NCBI GenBank assembly: GCA_965242965.1
Contig: OZ251518.1
Location: 3,328,001-3,392,000, forward strand
Direction: 5' to 3'
DNA from: Candidatus Poribacteria bacterium
Lineage (GTDB): Bacteria; Poribacteria; WGA-4E; WGA-3G
DNA length: 64,000 nucleotides
The position numbers and the translations under genes are program-made. Position 1 is the first letter of the stretch. Every line of letters starts with the position of its first letter. The notes beneath the pieces are model-generated. The model searched no databases. It saw only the letters and a list, made by a program, of their open reading frames with translations, and was not told the origin of the DNA. Shown here piece by piece: positions 49,697 through 59,475 of this stretch.

Positions 49697-52600
49697 ATGG
49701 CAACCCCATTTGACAGTATCTCCCTCAAAATCGCTTCGCCGGAGGAAATCAAAGAGTTGGCGAAGCGCACCTGCTGCAAACGCAGAAGCAGCACCGTCGG
49801 CCACGGCGAACCCTTCATCTGCCCAGAAATGCACACCTGCAACTGCGGCGAGGTAAAGAAGGCCGAGACGATTAACTACCGCTCCTTCCGTCCCGAACTC
49901 GAGGGCCTCTTCTGTGAGGCAATTTTCGGGCCGTCCAAAGACTGGGAGTGTAACTGCGGCAAATATAAACGGATTAAGCACAAAGGTGTTATCTGCGACC
50001 GGTGCGGCGTGGAAGTCACGCGCCAGCACGTCCGCAGGGAACGGATGGGCTACATCCAACTCGCATCCCCTGTCTCGCATATCTGGTTCTTCAAGGGTGT
50101 CCCATCGCGCATCGGCGCGTTCTGCGAACTCTCCGCACGGCAGATTGAGAACATCCTCTATTTTGATGCGTTCATGGTGACTGAAGCCGACGAGGAACTT
50201 CAAGAACAAGGCATCATGAAGCCGAACCAACTCATCAGCGAGGCAGAATTCGACCGCTACAAACGCGAATACCGCGGCCGATTTAAGGCAGGTGCCGGTG
50301 GCCAGATACTTGCCAAACGCCTCGCGAGCCTGGACTTGGAAGCAGAGTGCGCGAAAATTGTCAAGGAACTCGAGGAAACGCGCAGCCATCAGAAAAAGGT
50401 GAAACTCACCAAGCAACTCCGACTGATGGAAGACTTTATCAGTTCCGGACAGCGGCCCGAATGGATGATTCTGGATGTGCTGCCTGTCATCCCGCCGGAT
50501 TTGCGTCCCCTCGTCACCTTAGATGGCGGCCGGTTCGCCACCAGCGATTTGAACGATTTGTACCGGCGGCTCATCCATCGGAATAATCGCCTCGCTAAAC
50601 TCATCAAGATGCGCTCTCCCGAAGTCATCTTGCGCAACGAGAAACGGATGCTGCAAGAAGCCGTTGACGCATTCTTTGATAACGGCCGGCACGGCAGACG
50701 CGTGACAGGGCCCGGCAATCGCGAACTCAAATCCCTCTCGCACGTTCTCAAAGGGAAAGTCGGACGGTTCCGTCAGAACCTGCTCGGCAAACGCGTTGAC
50801 TACTCCGGCCGCAGCGTCATCGTCGTCGGCCCGGAACTGGGGATACACCAGTGCGGCATTCCAAAACAGATGGCGGTGGAGTTGTTCAAGCCGTTTATCA
50901 TTGAACGGCTGCAAGCGCATGGCTACAGCGGCACTATCAAACGCGCTAAGGCTTATGTCGAACATATTGACTCTAACAGCCCCGTGTGGGAAGTCTTGGA
51001 AGAAGTCATCGAAGAACATCCGGTGTTGCTCAACCGGCCACCGACACTGCACCGGCTCGGTATTCAGGCGTTCATGCCTGTGTTGGTAGAAGGAAAATCT
51101 ATCAGAATTCCGCCACTTGTCTGTAAAGCGTTTAACGCCGATTTTGATGGAGACCAGATGGCGGTGCATGTGCCGTTAACCGCTGAGGCACAGGCAGAAG
51201 CGAAACTGCTGATGCTCAGCAGCCATAACATCTTGAAGCCATCGCACGGTGGCCCGATTGCCGTTCCCGAACTGGATATGGTGCTTGGGCCGAGTTACCT
51301 GACGAAGACGCTGCCAGAGCACGATGCAGACGCGCAGCTGCTCCACAAGGTTTATACCACCCAAAACGGCGATGCAACGTTACTCGATGAGATTCGCAGG
51401 AAGCCGTGGTATCACCGCCGCTATGCGCATATGGAGGAAGTCATCGCCGCACACGGTGCCGGGCAGCTCAAACTGCACGACAGCGTCCAACTGTTTTTTC
51501 CGGAAAACGGCGCGCCGCGCGAACCGATTCTCACCACCGTCGGCCGAGTGATTTTTAACGAAGTGCTGCCAGCCGAATTGAAGTGGGTGGACGCGCACTC
51601 TGGACAGCGACTTCCGTTTTTCAATGGGGAAGCAGGTGGGAGGCAGCTCTCGGCAATCGTTGAAACCTGTTTCAACACTCCCGAACTCGGCACGCGGGGG
51701 ACTGTAGCACTGCTGGAGAAACTTCAAAAACTCGCGTTTGAATATGCAACGTTGAGCGGCATTTCGCCCGGCATTATTGATTATATCACACCTTCGCAGC
51801 GGGAAGGACTGTTGGCGAAGACAGAGGCAGCTATTGCCAAACTCCGCGCCGCCGCCGCCGCAGATGCCGATACGGAAGAACTCGAGAACCAGCAAATCCA
51901 CTTGTGGTACCAAGCACTGCGAGAGATGGAAAACATCATGTTTTCCAGACTCCCGGAATTGGAAACCCAACTCGTTGAACGGGGTGAAGATGTCAAAGGG
52001 TTCAGTCCGGTGCATATCATGGCGGATAGTGGGGCGCGGGCGCGGAAAAATCCGTTCATGCAAATCAGTGCCGTTATCGGGCTGAAGGCGAAGCAGAGCG
52101 GCGAAATTCTGCTACCACCGATTACCACCTCCTATCGCGACGGGTTAGACGTGATTGACTACTTCAACTCCACCTACGGTTCCCGAAAAGGCTTGGTGGA
52201 TACGGCAATGAAGACAGCGGCATCGGGTTACCTGACGCGGAAACTCGTTGATGTCGCGCAAGACGTGCGCGTCACCGAAGCGGATTGCGGCACGGTCAAC
52301 GGCATCAAAAAATTTGCCACGGAAGGCGGCGAACTCGCTTTTAAAATCAACGGACGCACCGCGACAGAGGATATCCTACATCCCAATACCGGTGAAGTGC
52401 TTGTCAAAGCGGATGAACTCATTTCAGCCGAAGCAGCGGCACTGATTGAAAAGAGTGAGATAAAAAGCGTCAACGTCCGTTCCGTGCTCACCTGCGCAAC
52501 CGAAGACGGTGTCTGCGCCAAATGCTACGGACACGATTTGACGACGAACATGCTTGTCAGTGTCGGTGAAGCTGTAGGTATCATTGCCGCGCAATCCATT

Positions 52601-55600
52601 GGCGAACCCGGCACGCAGCTCACGATGCGGACATTCCACACTGGGGGTGCAGTGGAGGAAGTCTCCGATGCACGCCAGCGTCAAATCCGAGCAAAAGCGA
52701 GTGGCACTGTGAGGTTCCGGGATTTCCATCCCGGCATCACTGTCCACCAAGAGGGCACTCTCTGGATATCCACAGGGCCGGGTAATGCCCCGCTAGGAAA
52801 TCCCCCGAGTGCCAGCGCGGATGCGGAAGATGAAACGCAACGAAAGACCGGGAACCGAGCGAATTTGGACGCGCCTACCTACAAAGTCACGCGCGTCATT
52901 CACGCCGATTGCAAATTACGGAAAGACGAATTGCTCAACGAAAAGCAGTATTCCGAAAACGCGCAGCGTTACAAAGGCTTTGAGACAGTTCCATGGCAGC
53001 ACCGCGTCACCGCTGTTCACGATGATGCCTGTCCCGTGAAAGAGGGCGACAGACTTTCCGCCGCGCAGTGGCGGGAAGCCATAAGTGCATACGGCTTCCC
53101 GCGCTTTGCAACCGAGAAGCGCGAGATAACACACGTCCGCCTATCTACTGTGAACGTTCAACCCGACGATGTGCTCACCGAAGAAGAAATTGAGCAGCGC
53201 GAAGCGGAAATTCGGAACCGATTTGACGGCGAATGGTGCTACCGTATCCCCAAAACCGGCGAGATTTTCAAGTCGGCTCAAGACTTTTTGCCCGGCTTGG
53301 GCATCCCTGTGGAGCCCCTTGAAGATATTGAGGATACAGAAATGCTAGGCGACACGTCAGCTGAAACGGCGGAAGACCTGGCTTCTGCGGAAACATCACT
53401 AGCGAAAGACACCTCTTTTGAACGCGTCTACCGCATCACCGAGCGGACAGATCGGGATTTCCCGTATGCTGTCGGGGATATCGTGGCAGCGGAGGAGATT
53501 GAGCCGTGGCTCACGCCTTTTGAGGCGGCACCGAACCCTGTCTATGTTATTGATGCAAACGCGCCCTGGCATGCAGGCGAAACGTTGACACGCTACCAAT
53601 ACGAGGAAGTGTGTCGCGACTATCGGCCGTTTGAATCCGAAAAAGCGGCGGAGGTGCTGCACCACGTTACGGCAGTGCATCATCCCAAATGCCCGCTCAA
53701 ACCGGGTCAAGATTTGACAGAAGCAGATAAAAACGCTATGCTCGCTCGCTGGTCTGGGTTTGACGTTGAGAGGCTGCGGCACCGTGTAACGCACATCTAT
53801 CATCCGGGTTTTCCACACACACCGGGCTATTTGATGAGCGATGCGGAGGCGAAACGGCTGGGGAGTAAACATCCTGGCTTTGAGACAGAAACATCTCCTG
53901 TCTTTGCAGCGCAATTGGTGATATGGGAGGACGAAGAAGCGGAATCGTCTGATAAAGCGAAACCTATCAAGCCCTATTGCGTGACAGGGATTCATCACCG
54001 CGACTGCCCCCTGGAGGCCGGGGACCTTTTCACTCCCAAGGAGGTAACTGCACAACGCAGGAAATTCCCAGGGTTTGATGTTGAACGCTTCTACGTGATC
54101 CCCAGGGAAAACATCTACGAGGTAACCGAAACTAAGCGAGCCTTTACCGCAAAAGCGTTAGCGGGTTCCAAGAAGAGTTGGCGCATTACTGAAGTGCTTC
54201 ATCCGGCGTGTCAACTTGAAGTTGGCAAGATAGTTTCCGATGCCACGTATAAAAAGACTCGCAAGACCTATCCTAGCACTAATCAAGGGCAGCTCATAAC
54301 GCAGACAGCATTTGAAACATGGGGGGGATCCTTAGCAGCCACGCAAGTGTCTCCGGAGCCTGAGCAGTTTCTCCATCGGGTAACCGAAGCTAAGCCAGCC
54401 TTCACCGCAGAAGCGTCGCCGGAAGCAGAAACGTCGCGAGAATCAGACAGGACCTGGCGCGTCACCGAAGTGTTCAATACAGCATGTCCTTATGAGGTCG
54501 GACAAGAAATCTCCGATGTCGAGTATCGACGAGGCCAAGAGGAATATGGTGATACTCGCGGAGACTTCCTGACGCAGATGGAGTTGGAACACCGGAACGC
54601 CCTCACGACTCAACCTGTTCTGCAACTCTCTGAAACGGAGTTCAAGGTCCTTCGCAAAACGGATCCGACGCTCAAGGATAGGGTGATTACCTCCCGATAC
54701 CGCGTTGTGGACACCTATCACCCAGAGTTCCCCTTTAAAGTCGGCGAGGTCCTGACAGATAAAGATTACAAGCAGTGCCAGAAAGACTTCAGAGGGTTCG
54801 ATGTTGAACATTTCTACGAGGTTACCGCAGACGAACGTGAATTCGTGGAGAGCAGCCCTCAGGAAGCGGAAACCCAACTCATTTCAGACCTCACCGTAGA
54901 GGGGCCGCACTATCGGCACGACGTTGAACCCTCTCCGGTAGCGACATTTGAGAAGCCGCGTCTCAAGAAATTTTGGCGGGTTAATGCAGTCTCCAACCCA
55001 GAGTGTCCGCTGGAGGTTGGTCAAAATCTCTCCGAGGGCGAATATCTGGCGGCACGCGAGACATACAAGGTAATTACCGAAAAACAGAACCCTGATTCAC
55101 GTTTCCTTGAAGGTGATATCCTTGTCCTCTCCGAGCGGGAATACAACGCGCTCATGAAAGGCCATAGGCAAGAAGCTCCGCACACCGTTACCGCCGTGCA
55201 TCACCCAAATTGTCCACTTCAGGTTGGAGCCAAATTGAGCAAAGCGGAATACGAGGGTTTGAGTGCTCACTACCCCGGGTTTGATACCGACGAACCCGCA
55301 CTGCGGATGCATATTGAGATAGAGACTGCGGATGGACATCGGGTGCCGCATCTTATCACGGAAGGTTACTCCTTCTCCATCAAGGAGGGCGATCCCGTCA
55401 AAGTGGAAGACACTCTCGCCGAGCTCCATGAAAAGACAGCGAACATGGATATCGTCGCCGGGATTCCGCGTGTGACAGATCTCTTTGAGGCGCGCCGTCC
55501 TAAACGTGAGGACGCGGCGGAAATCGCCGAGATTGAGGGACGCATTGAGGCAGCAGGCACCAAAGCCGGTGTGCCGACATACCGTATCGTTGATGAGGAA

Positions 55601-56257
55601 CACCAGAGCCGCCTCTACGCCATTCCTGACGAAAAACGGCGCGTCACCGAAGGCGACCGGGTAAAGGCAGGACAACCGCTCACGGACGGTTACCTCAACC
55701 CGCACGATATCCTCAGCATCGGGCGCGTCTTCATTGAAGATGTGCCAATTGATGGTGATGAAGCACTCTGGACATACCTCGTTGAGGAAATCCAAAAGGT
55801 TTACGGTGCACGCGCCATCAACGACAAGCACCTCGAAGCCATCGTCCGCCAGATGACGAGGAAGGTGCGGGTGATAGCACCCGGCGATACGCAGTTTCCC
55901 CATAACAGTGAGGTGCCGCGACAGAAATTCAATGAAGTCAACGCGAAGGTTATTGCTGAAGACGGTAAACCCGCTACCGGCGAACCGATTCTGCAAGGCA
56001 TTAGCCGCGCATCGCTCAGTACCGACAGCTTCATCTCTGCCGCCTCGTTCCAGCAGACGACGAAGGTGCTGACAGATGCCGCTGTCAAAGGGCAGAAAGA
56101 CAAACTCTTCGGATTGAAGGAGAACGTCATCCTCGGTCGCCTCATCCCTGCAGGAAGTGGACTTTCGGATTTCCAGCATTTGGAAATCACGGAAGTTGAC
56201 GCTGACGAAGAGATGGAAGCACCGGAATCCGCCGAGTCATCGTCTGCGGTGCCATAA
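49697..56257 (+). CDS. rpoC: RNA polymerase beta' subunit (~2186 aa) with giant trigger-loop insertion
   Basis: Zn finger CNCGKYK...CDRCG, GRFRQNLLGKRVDYSGRSV, NADFDGD, QLTMRTFH, GLKENVILG; RBS aggag. Confidence 0.97.
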   Translation: MATPFDSISLKIASPEEIKELAKRTCCKRRSSTVGHGEPFICPEMHTCNCGEVKKAETINYRSFRPELEGLFCEAIFGPSKDWECNCGKYKRIKHKGVICDRCGVEVTRQHVRRERMGYIQLASPVSHIWFFKGVPSRIGAFCELSARQIENILYFDAFMVTEADEELQEQGIMKPNQLISEAEFDRYKREYRGRFKAGAGGQILAKRLASLDLEAECAKIVKELEETRSHQKKVKLTKQLRLMEDFISSGQRPEWMILDVLPVIPPDLRPLVTLDGGRFATSDLNDLYRRLIHRNNRLAKLIKMRSPEVILRNEKRMLQEAVDAFFDNGRHGRRVTGPGNRELKSLSHVLKGKVGRFRQNLLGKRVDYSGRSVIVVGPELGIHQCGIPKQMAVELFKPFIIERLQAHGYSGTIKRAKAYVEHIDSNSPVWEVLEEVIEEHPVLLNRPPTLHRLGIQAFMPVLVEGKSIRIPPLVCKAFNADFDGDQMAVHVPLTAEAQAEAKLLMLSSHNILKPSHGGPIAVPELDMVLGPSYLTKTLPEHDADAQLLHKVYTTQNGDATLLDEIRRKPWYHRRYAHMEEVIAAHGAGQLKLHDSVQLFFPENGAPREPILTTVGRVIFNEVLPAELKWVDAHSGQRLPFFNGEAGGRQLSAIVETCFNTPELGTRGTVALLEKLQKLAFEYATLSGISPGIIDYITPSQREGLLAKTEAAIAKLRAAAAADADTEELENQQIHLWYQALREMENIMFSRLPELETQLVERGEDVKGFSPVHIMADSGARARKNPFMQISAVIGLKAKQSGEILLPPITTSYRDGLDVIDYFNSTYGSRKGLVDTAMKTAASGYLTRKLVDVAQDVRVTEADCGTVNGIKKFATEGGELAFKINGRTATEDILHPNTGEVLVKADELISAEAAALIEKSEIKSVNVRSVLTCATEDGVCAKCYGHDLTTNMLVSVGEAVGIIAAQSIGEPGTQLTMRTFHTGGAVEEVSDARQRQIRAKASGTVRFRDFHPGITVHQEGTLWISTGPGNAPLGNPPSASADAEDETQRKTGNRANLDAPTYKVTRVIHADCKLRKDELLNEKQYSENAQRYKGFETVPWQHRVTAVHDDACPVKEGDRLSAAQWREAISAYGFPRFATEKREITHVRLSTVNVQPDDVLTEEEIEQREAEIRNRFDGEWCYRIPKTGEIFKSAQDFLPGLGIPVEPLEDIEDTEMLGDTSAETAEDLASAETSLAKDTSFERVYRITERTDRDFPYAVGDIVAAEEIEPWLTPFEAAPNPVYVIDANAPWHAGETLTRYQYEEVCRDYRPFESEKAAEVLHHVTAVHHPKCPLKPGQDLTEADKNAMLARWSGFDVERLRHRVTHIYHPGFPHTPGYLMSDAEAKRLGSKHPGFETETSPVFAAQLVIWEDEEAESSDKAKPIKPYCVTGIHHRDCPLEAGDLFTPKEVTAQRRKFPGFDVERFYVIPRENIYEVTETKRAFTAKALAGSKKSWRITEVLHPACQLEVGKIVSDATYKKTRKTYPSTNQGQLITQTAFETWGGSLAATQVSPEPEQFLHRVTEAKPAFTAEASPEAETSRESDRTWRVTEVFNTACPYEVGQEISDVEYRRGQEEYGDTRGDFLTQMELEHRNALTTQPVLQLSETEFKVLRKTDPTLKDRVITSRYRVVDTYHPEFPFKVGEVLTDKDYKQCQKDFRGFDVEHFYEVTADEREFVESSPQEAETQLISDLTVEGPHYRHDVEPSPVATFEKPRLKKFWRVNAVSNPECPLEVGQNLSEGEYLAARETYKVITEKQNPDSRFLEGDILVLSEREYNALMKGHRQEAPHTVTAVHHPNCPLQVGAKLSKAEYEGLSAHYPGFDTDEPALRMHIEIETADGHRVPHLITEGYSFSIKEGDPVKVEDTLAELHEKTANMDIVAGIPRVTDLFEARRPKREDAAEIAEIEGRIEAAGTKAGVPTYRIVDEEHQSRLYAIPDEKRRVTEGDRVKAGQPLTDGYLNPHDILSIGRVFIEDVPIDGDEALWTYLVEEIQKVYGARAINDKHLEAIVRQMTRKVRVIAPGDTQFPHNSEVPRQKFNEVNAKVIAEDGKPATGEPILQGISRASLSTDSFISAASFQQTTKVLTDAAVKGQKDKLFGLKENVILGRLIPAGSGLSDFQHLEITEVDADEEMEAPESAESSSAVP

Positions 56258-56294
56258 GGCGAGGAAAACTTATCCCTCGCCACGCTCCCAGGTC

Positions 56295-56467
56295 GTAGGG
56301 CGAGGGCCTGTCCCTCGCCATGCCGCACAACTACCTGAATCGCGTAGGGCGAGGGCCTGTCCCTCGCCATGCCGCACAACTACCTGAATCGCGTAGGGCG
56401 AGGGCCTGTCCCTCGCCATGCCGCACAACTACCTGAATCGCGTAGGGCGAGGGCCTGTCCCTCGCCA
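56295..56467 (+). repeat. Perfect tandem of a 49-bp unit (4 REPs, 3 identical spacers)
   Basis: gtagggcgagggcctgtccctcgccatgccgcacaactacctgaatcgc at 56295, 56344 and 56393; fourth REP at 56442. Confidence 0.9.
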
Positions 56468-56482
56468 TGCTCCGGAGGATCC

Positions 56483-57937
56483 ATGCGTAAACTCCCCGAA
56501 CTCAACAGTCTCCACTACGGCGATTGCCTTGAAGTCATGCACCCATGGCCCGATGAAACCATCGACCTCGGCTACTTCGATCCCCCTTTCAACAGCAACG
56601 CCAAATATCATCAACTCTACGATACCGGTGACGACAACCGCGGCACGCGCGACGCACAACTCCAAGCCTTTGATGATTCCTGGCGATGGAACGCCACCGC
56701 CGCCGAGCGTGTCGCAAATCTCCTCGATGCACCCGCACATCCCGCGCATCGCGTCATCGAAGCTTTCGCAAAATGGCCCGGCGAAGGCGGCATGCTCGCC
56801 TATCTCACCTACATGGCAGAACGCATTGCTGTCCTGCATCGATTGCTTAAACCTACAGGCAGCGTCTATCTCCACTGCGATGCAACCGCCGCGCATCCAC
56901 TCAAACTCCTCATGGATTGCATCTTCGGACCGGAAAACTTTCGGAACGAGATTGTGTGGTGCTACAAAGGCCCAAGCAATACGAAACGTTGGTTTCCCCG
57001 CAAACACGATACGATCTTCTTCTACGGCAAAACGTCGGAGGCGAAGTTTTATCCCGATGGCGCGCGGGTTGCCTACAGCCGAATCACCGGAACGGGACAG
57101 ACTTCGCTTACGAGAGGCAGTCGGACGCGTGAAGAAGTTGAAGCATTAGAGACGGCTTACGCCGAACGCGGCAAACTCGTGGAGGATTATTGGACAGATA
57201 TTCCGGCAGGTGGGCACATGCCGAGGCATGAACGCTTGGGTTATCCGACACAAAAGCCGCTTGCGCTATTGGAACGCATCATCAAGGCATCCACCGTTGA
57301 AGGCGACATCGTGCTGGATCCGTTTTGTGGGTGTGGCACAACAGTTGCCGCCGCCGATAACCTGAACAGGAAATGGCTCGGCATTGATATCTCCCCGCAC
57401 GCGCTAGAGGTGATTTTGACGAACCGCTTTCCTGGGCGCGCCATTCCCACGAGCGGTATCCCTGCAGACTTTGCGGCCGCCGCGCAACTCGCGAAGGCGA
57501 ATTCCCGCCACTTTGAAGTCTGGGCACTGAATTGTGCATCACAAGGGTTCGCGCCTAACGATACCCAAACCGGCGATGGCGGCATCGATGGCAGAGGCCA
57601 CACACTCCTGCAACCCGATGACTGCGACACCAAACTGGTGCTGGCGCAGGTAAAAGGCGGCAGATTCCATCTGAGCCAACTCCGTGATTTCTTATGGGTG
57701 CTGGAACGGGAGAAAGCGGCGATGGGCGTGTTCATCACCTTGAACCCTGTCACATCACGGAACGCACAGGCGGAACTACTGCGACTTGGCACTGTCACCG
57801 TCGGCACGGAAACATATCCGCGCGTGCAAACCTGGTCCCTCAAGGCGCATTTTGAGGGACAGCGACTGCGGCTGCCAGATATGAACAACCCCTATACCGG
57901 CAAACCTTTACAGCCATCGCTGCAATTGGTTTTGTAA
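56483..57937 (+). CDS. Beta-class N4/N6 DNA methyltransferase fused to Mrr-like nuclease domain (copy 1)
   Basis: DPPF, YPTQKP, DPFCGCGTT, DGGIDG...AQVKGG; RBS ggagg. Confidence 0.9.
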   Translation: MRKLPELNSLHYGDCLEVMHPWPDETIDLGYFDPPFNSNAKYHQLYDTGDDNRGTRDAQLQAFDDSWRWNATAAERVANLLDAPAHPAHRVIEAFAKWPGEGGMLAYLTYMAERIAVLHRLLKPTGSVYLHCDATAAHPLKLLMDCIFGPENFRNEIVWCYKGPSNTKRWFPRKHDTIFFYGKTSEAKFYPDGARVAYSRITGTGQTSLTRGSRTREEVEALETAYAERGKLVEDYWTDIPAGGHMPRHERLGYPTQKPLALLERIIKASTVEGDIVLDPFCGCGTTVAAADNLNRKWLGIDISPHALEVILTNRFPGRAIPTSGIPADFAAAAQLAKANSRHFEVWALNCASQGFAPNDTQTGDGGIDGRGHTLLQPDDCDTKLVLAQVKGGRFHLSQLRDFLWVLEREKAAMGVFITLNPVTSRNAQAELLRLGTVTVGTETYPRVQTWSLKAHFEGQRLRLPDMNNPYTGKPLQPSLQLVL

Positions 57938-57959
57938 GCGCGCCTATAGGAATTTCGTT

Positions 57960-59423
57960 ATGAAAACGCTTCCCGAACTCAACAGTCTCCACTACGGCGA
58001 TTGCCTTGATGTCATGCACCCGTGGCCCGATGAAACCATCGACCTCGGCTACTTCGATCCCCCTTTCAACAGCAACGCCAAATATCATCAACTTTACGAT
58101 ACAGGTGACGATAACCGCGGCACGCGCGACGCACAACTCCAAGCCTTTGATGACTCTTGGCGATGGAACGCCACCGCCGCCGAGCGCGTCGCAAATCTCC
58201 TCGATGCACCCGCACATCCCGCGCATCGAGTCATCGAAGCTTTCGCAAAATGGCCCGGCGAAGGCGGCATGCTTGCCTATCTCACCTACATGGCAGAACG
58301 CATTGCCGTCCTGCATCGATTGCTTAAACCCACAGGCAGTGTCTATCTCCACTGCGATGCAACCGCGGCACATCCACTCAAGCTCCTCATGGATTGCATC
58401 TTCGGACCGGAAAACTTTCGCCGCGAGATTGTGTGGCAGATGAAATCGCGCTCCGGTTTCAAAAGCCGAGCCGCGAATTGGATTCGGGACCACGATACTA
58501 TCCTCTATTACGTCAAATCGGAGCAGGCGACGTTCAACAAGCAGTTTGAACCCTATTCCGATGAATATGTGGCACGAAGTTTCACGCAGACAGATGCGGA
58601 TGGACGGCGGTATCGTCAACGCGGGAATAAACGCTACTACGAAGATGAAGGCGGTATTCCTTACGGCGATGTCTGGGACGACATCCACTCCTTTCAGACA
58701 GCGACGCGGAGTCAAGAGTATCTGGGGTATCCTACCCAGAAACCGTTGAAACTTCTGGAACGCATCATTCAGGCATCCTCTAATGAAGGCGATATTGTGC
58801 TGGACCCGTTTTGTGGGTGTGGGACAACAGTTGCCGCTGCCGATAACCTGAACCGAAAGTGGCTCGGCATTGATATTTCGCCGCACGCGTTGGAAGTCAT
58901 CAAGTTAAACCGCTTTCAGGGGAGAGCCATACCGACGAGCGGGATTCCTGCCGATTTCGCAGCAGCGGCGCAGTTAGCCAAGGAAAATTCTCGCCATTTT
59001 GAAGTCTGGGCACTGAATTGTGCCTCGCCAGGGTTCGCGCCTAACGATACCCAAACAGGCGATGGCGGCATCGATGGCAGAGGCCACACACTCCTGCAAC
59101 CCGATGACTGCGACACCAAACTGGTGCTGGCGCAGGTAAAAGGCGGCAGATTCCATCTGAGCCAACTCCGCGATTTCTTATGGGTGCTGGAACGGGAGAA
59201 GGCAGCGATGGGCGTGTTCATCACGCTGAACCCTGTCACATCACGGAACGCGCAGACTGAAATCTTGAGACTTGGCACCGTCACCGTCGGCACGGAGACG
59301 TATCCGCGCGTGCAAACCTGGTCCCTCCAAGAACATTTTGAGGGACAGCGGCTGCGATTGCCGGATATGAACAACCCCTATACCGGCAAACCGCTACAAC
59401 CCGCGCTGCAATTGATGTTGTAG
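57960..59423 (+). CDS. Beta-class N4/N6 DNA methyltransferase fused to Mrr-like nuclease domain (copy 2)
   Basis: Same motifs; flanks near-identical to copy 1. Confidence 0.9.
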   Translation: MKTLPELNSLHYGDCLDVMHPWPDETIDLGYFDPPFNSNAKYHQLYDTGDDNRGTRDAQLQAFDDSWRWNATAAERVANLLDAPAHPAHRVIEAFAKWPGEGGMLAYLTYMAERIAVLHRLLKPTGSVYLHCDATAAHPLKLLMDCIFGPENFRREIVWQMKSRSGFKSRAANWIRDHDTILYYVKSEQATFNKQFEPYSDEYVARSFTQTDADGRRYRQRGNKRYYEDEGGIPYGDVWDDIHSFQTATRSQEYLGYPTQKPLKLLERIIQASSNEGDIVLDPFCGCGTTVAAADNLNRKWLGIDISPHALEVIKLNRFQGRAIPTSGIPADFAAAAQLAKENSRHFEVWALNCASPGFAPNDTQTGDGGIDGRGHTLLQPDDCDTKLVLAQVKGGRFHLSQLRDFLWVLEREKAAMGVFITLNPVTSRNAQTEILRLGTVTVGTETYPRVQTWSLQEHFEGQRLRLPDMNNPYTGKPLQPALQLML

Positions 59424-59475
59424 TGAAAACAGTCTTCGCTACGGAGCCCCTCTTGGCGTGCAGCACGAGGGCCTG

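Noticed and set aside
52650-55447. Intein in rpoC (or rpoB)
   Set aside because: No Cys/Ser start with a His-Asn/Cys-Ser-Thr splice junction and no LAGLIDADG motifs; content is tandem repeats at known insertion sites.
55097-56179. Long antisense ORFs over rpoC, hslU, MTases and fumC
   Set aside because: Shadow frames of well-supported genes on the opposite strand.
56295-56467. CRISPR-like regular repeats
   Set aside because: Spacers are identical, the repeat is the dispersed REP, and there are no cas genes.
56483-59423. Diversity-generating retroelement (template/variable repeat pair)
   Set aside because: No reverse transcriptase; differences in the shared flanks are mostly synonymous and not adenine-specific.
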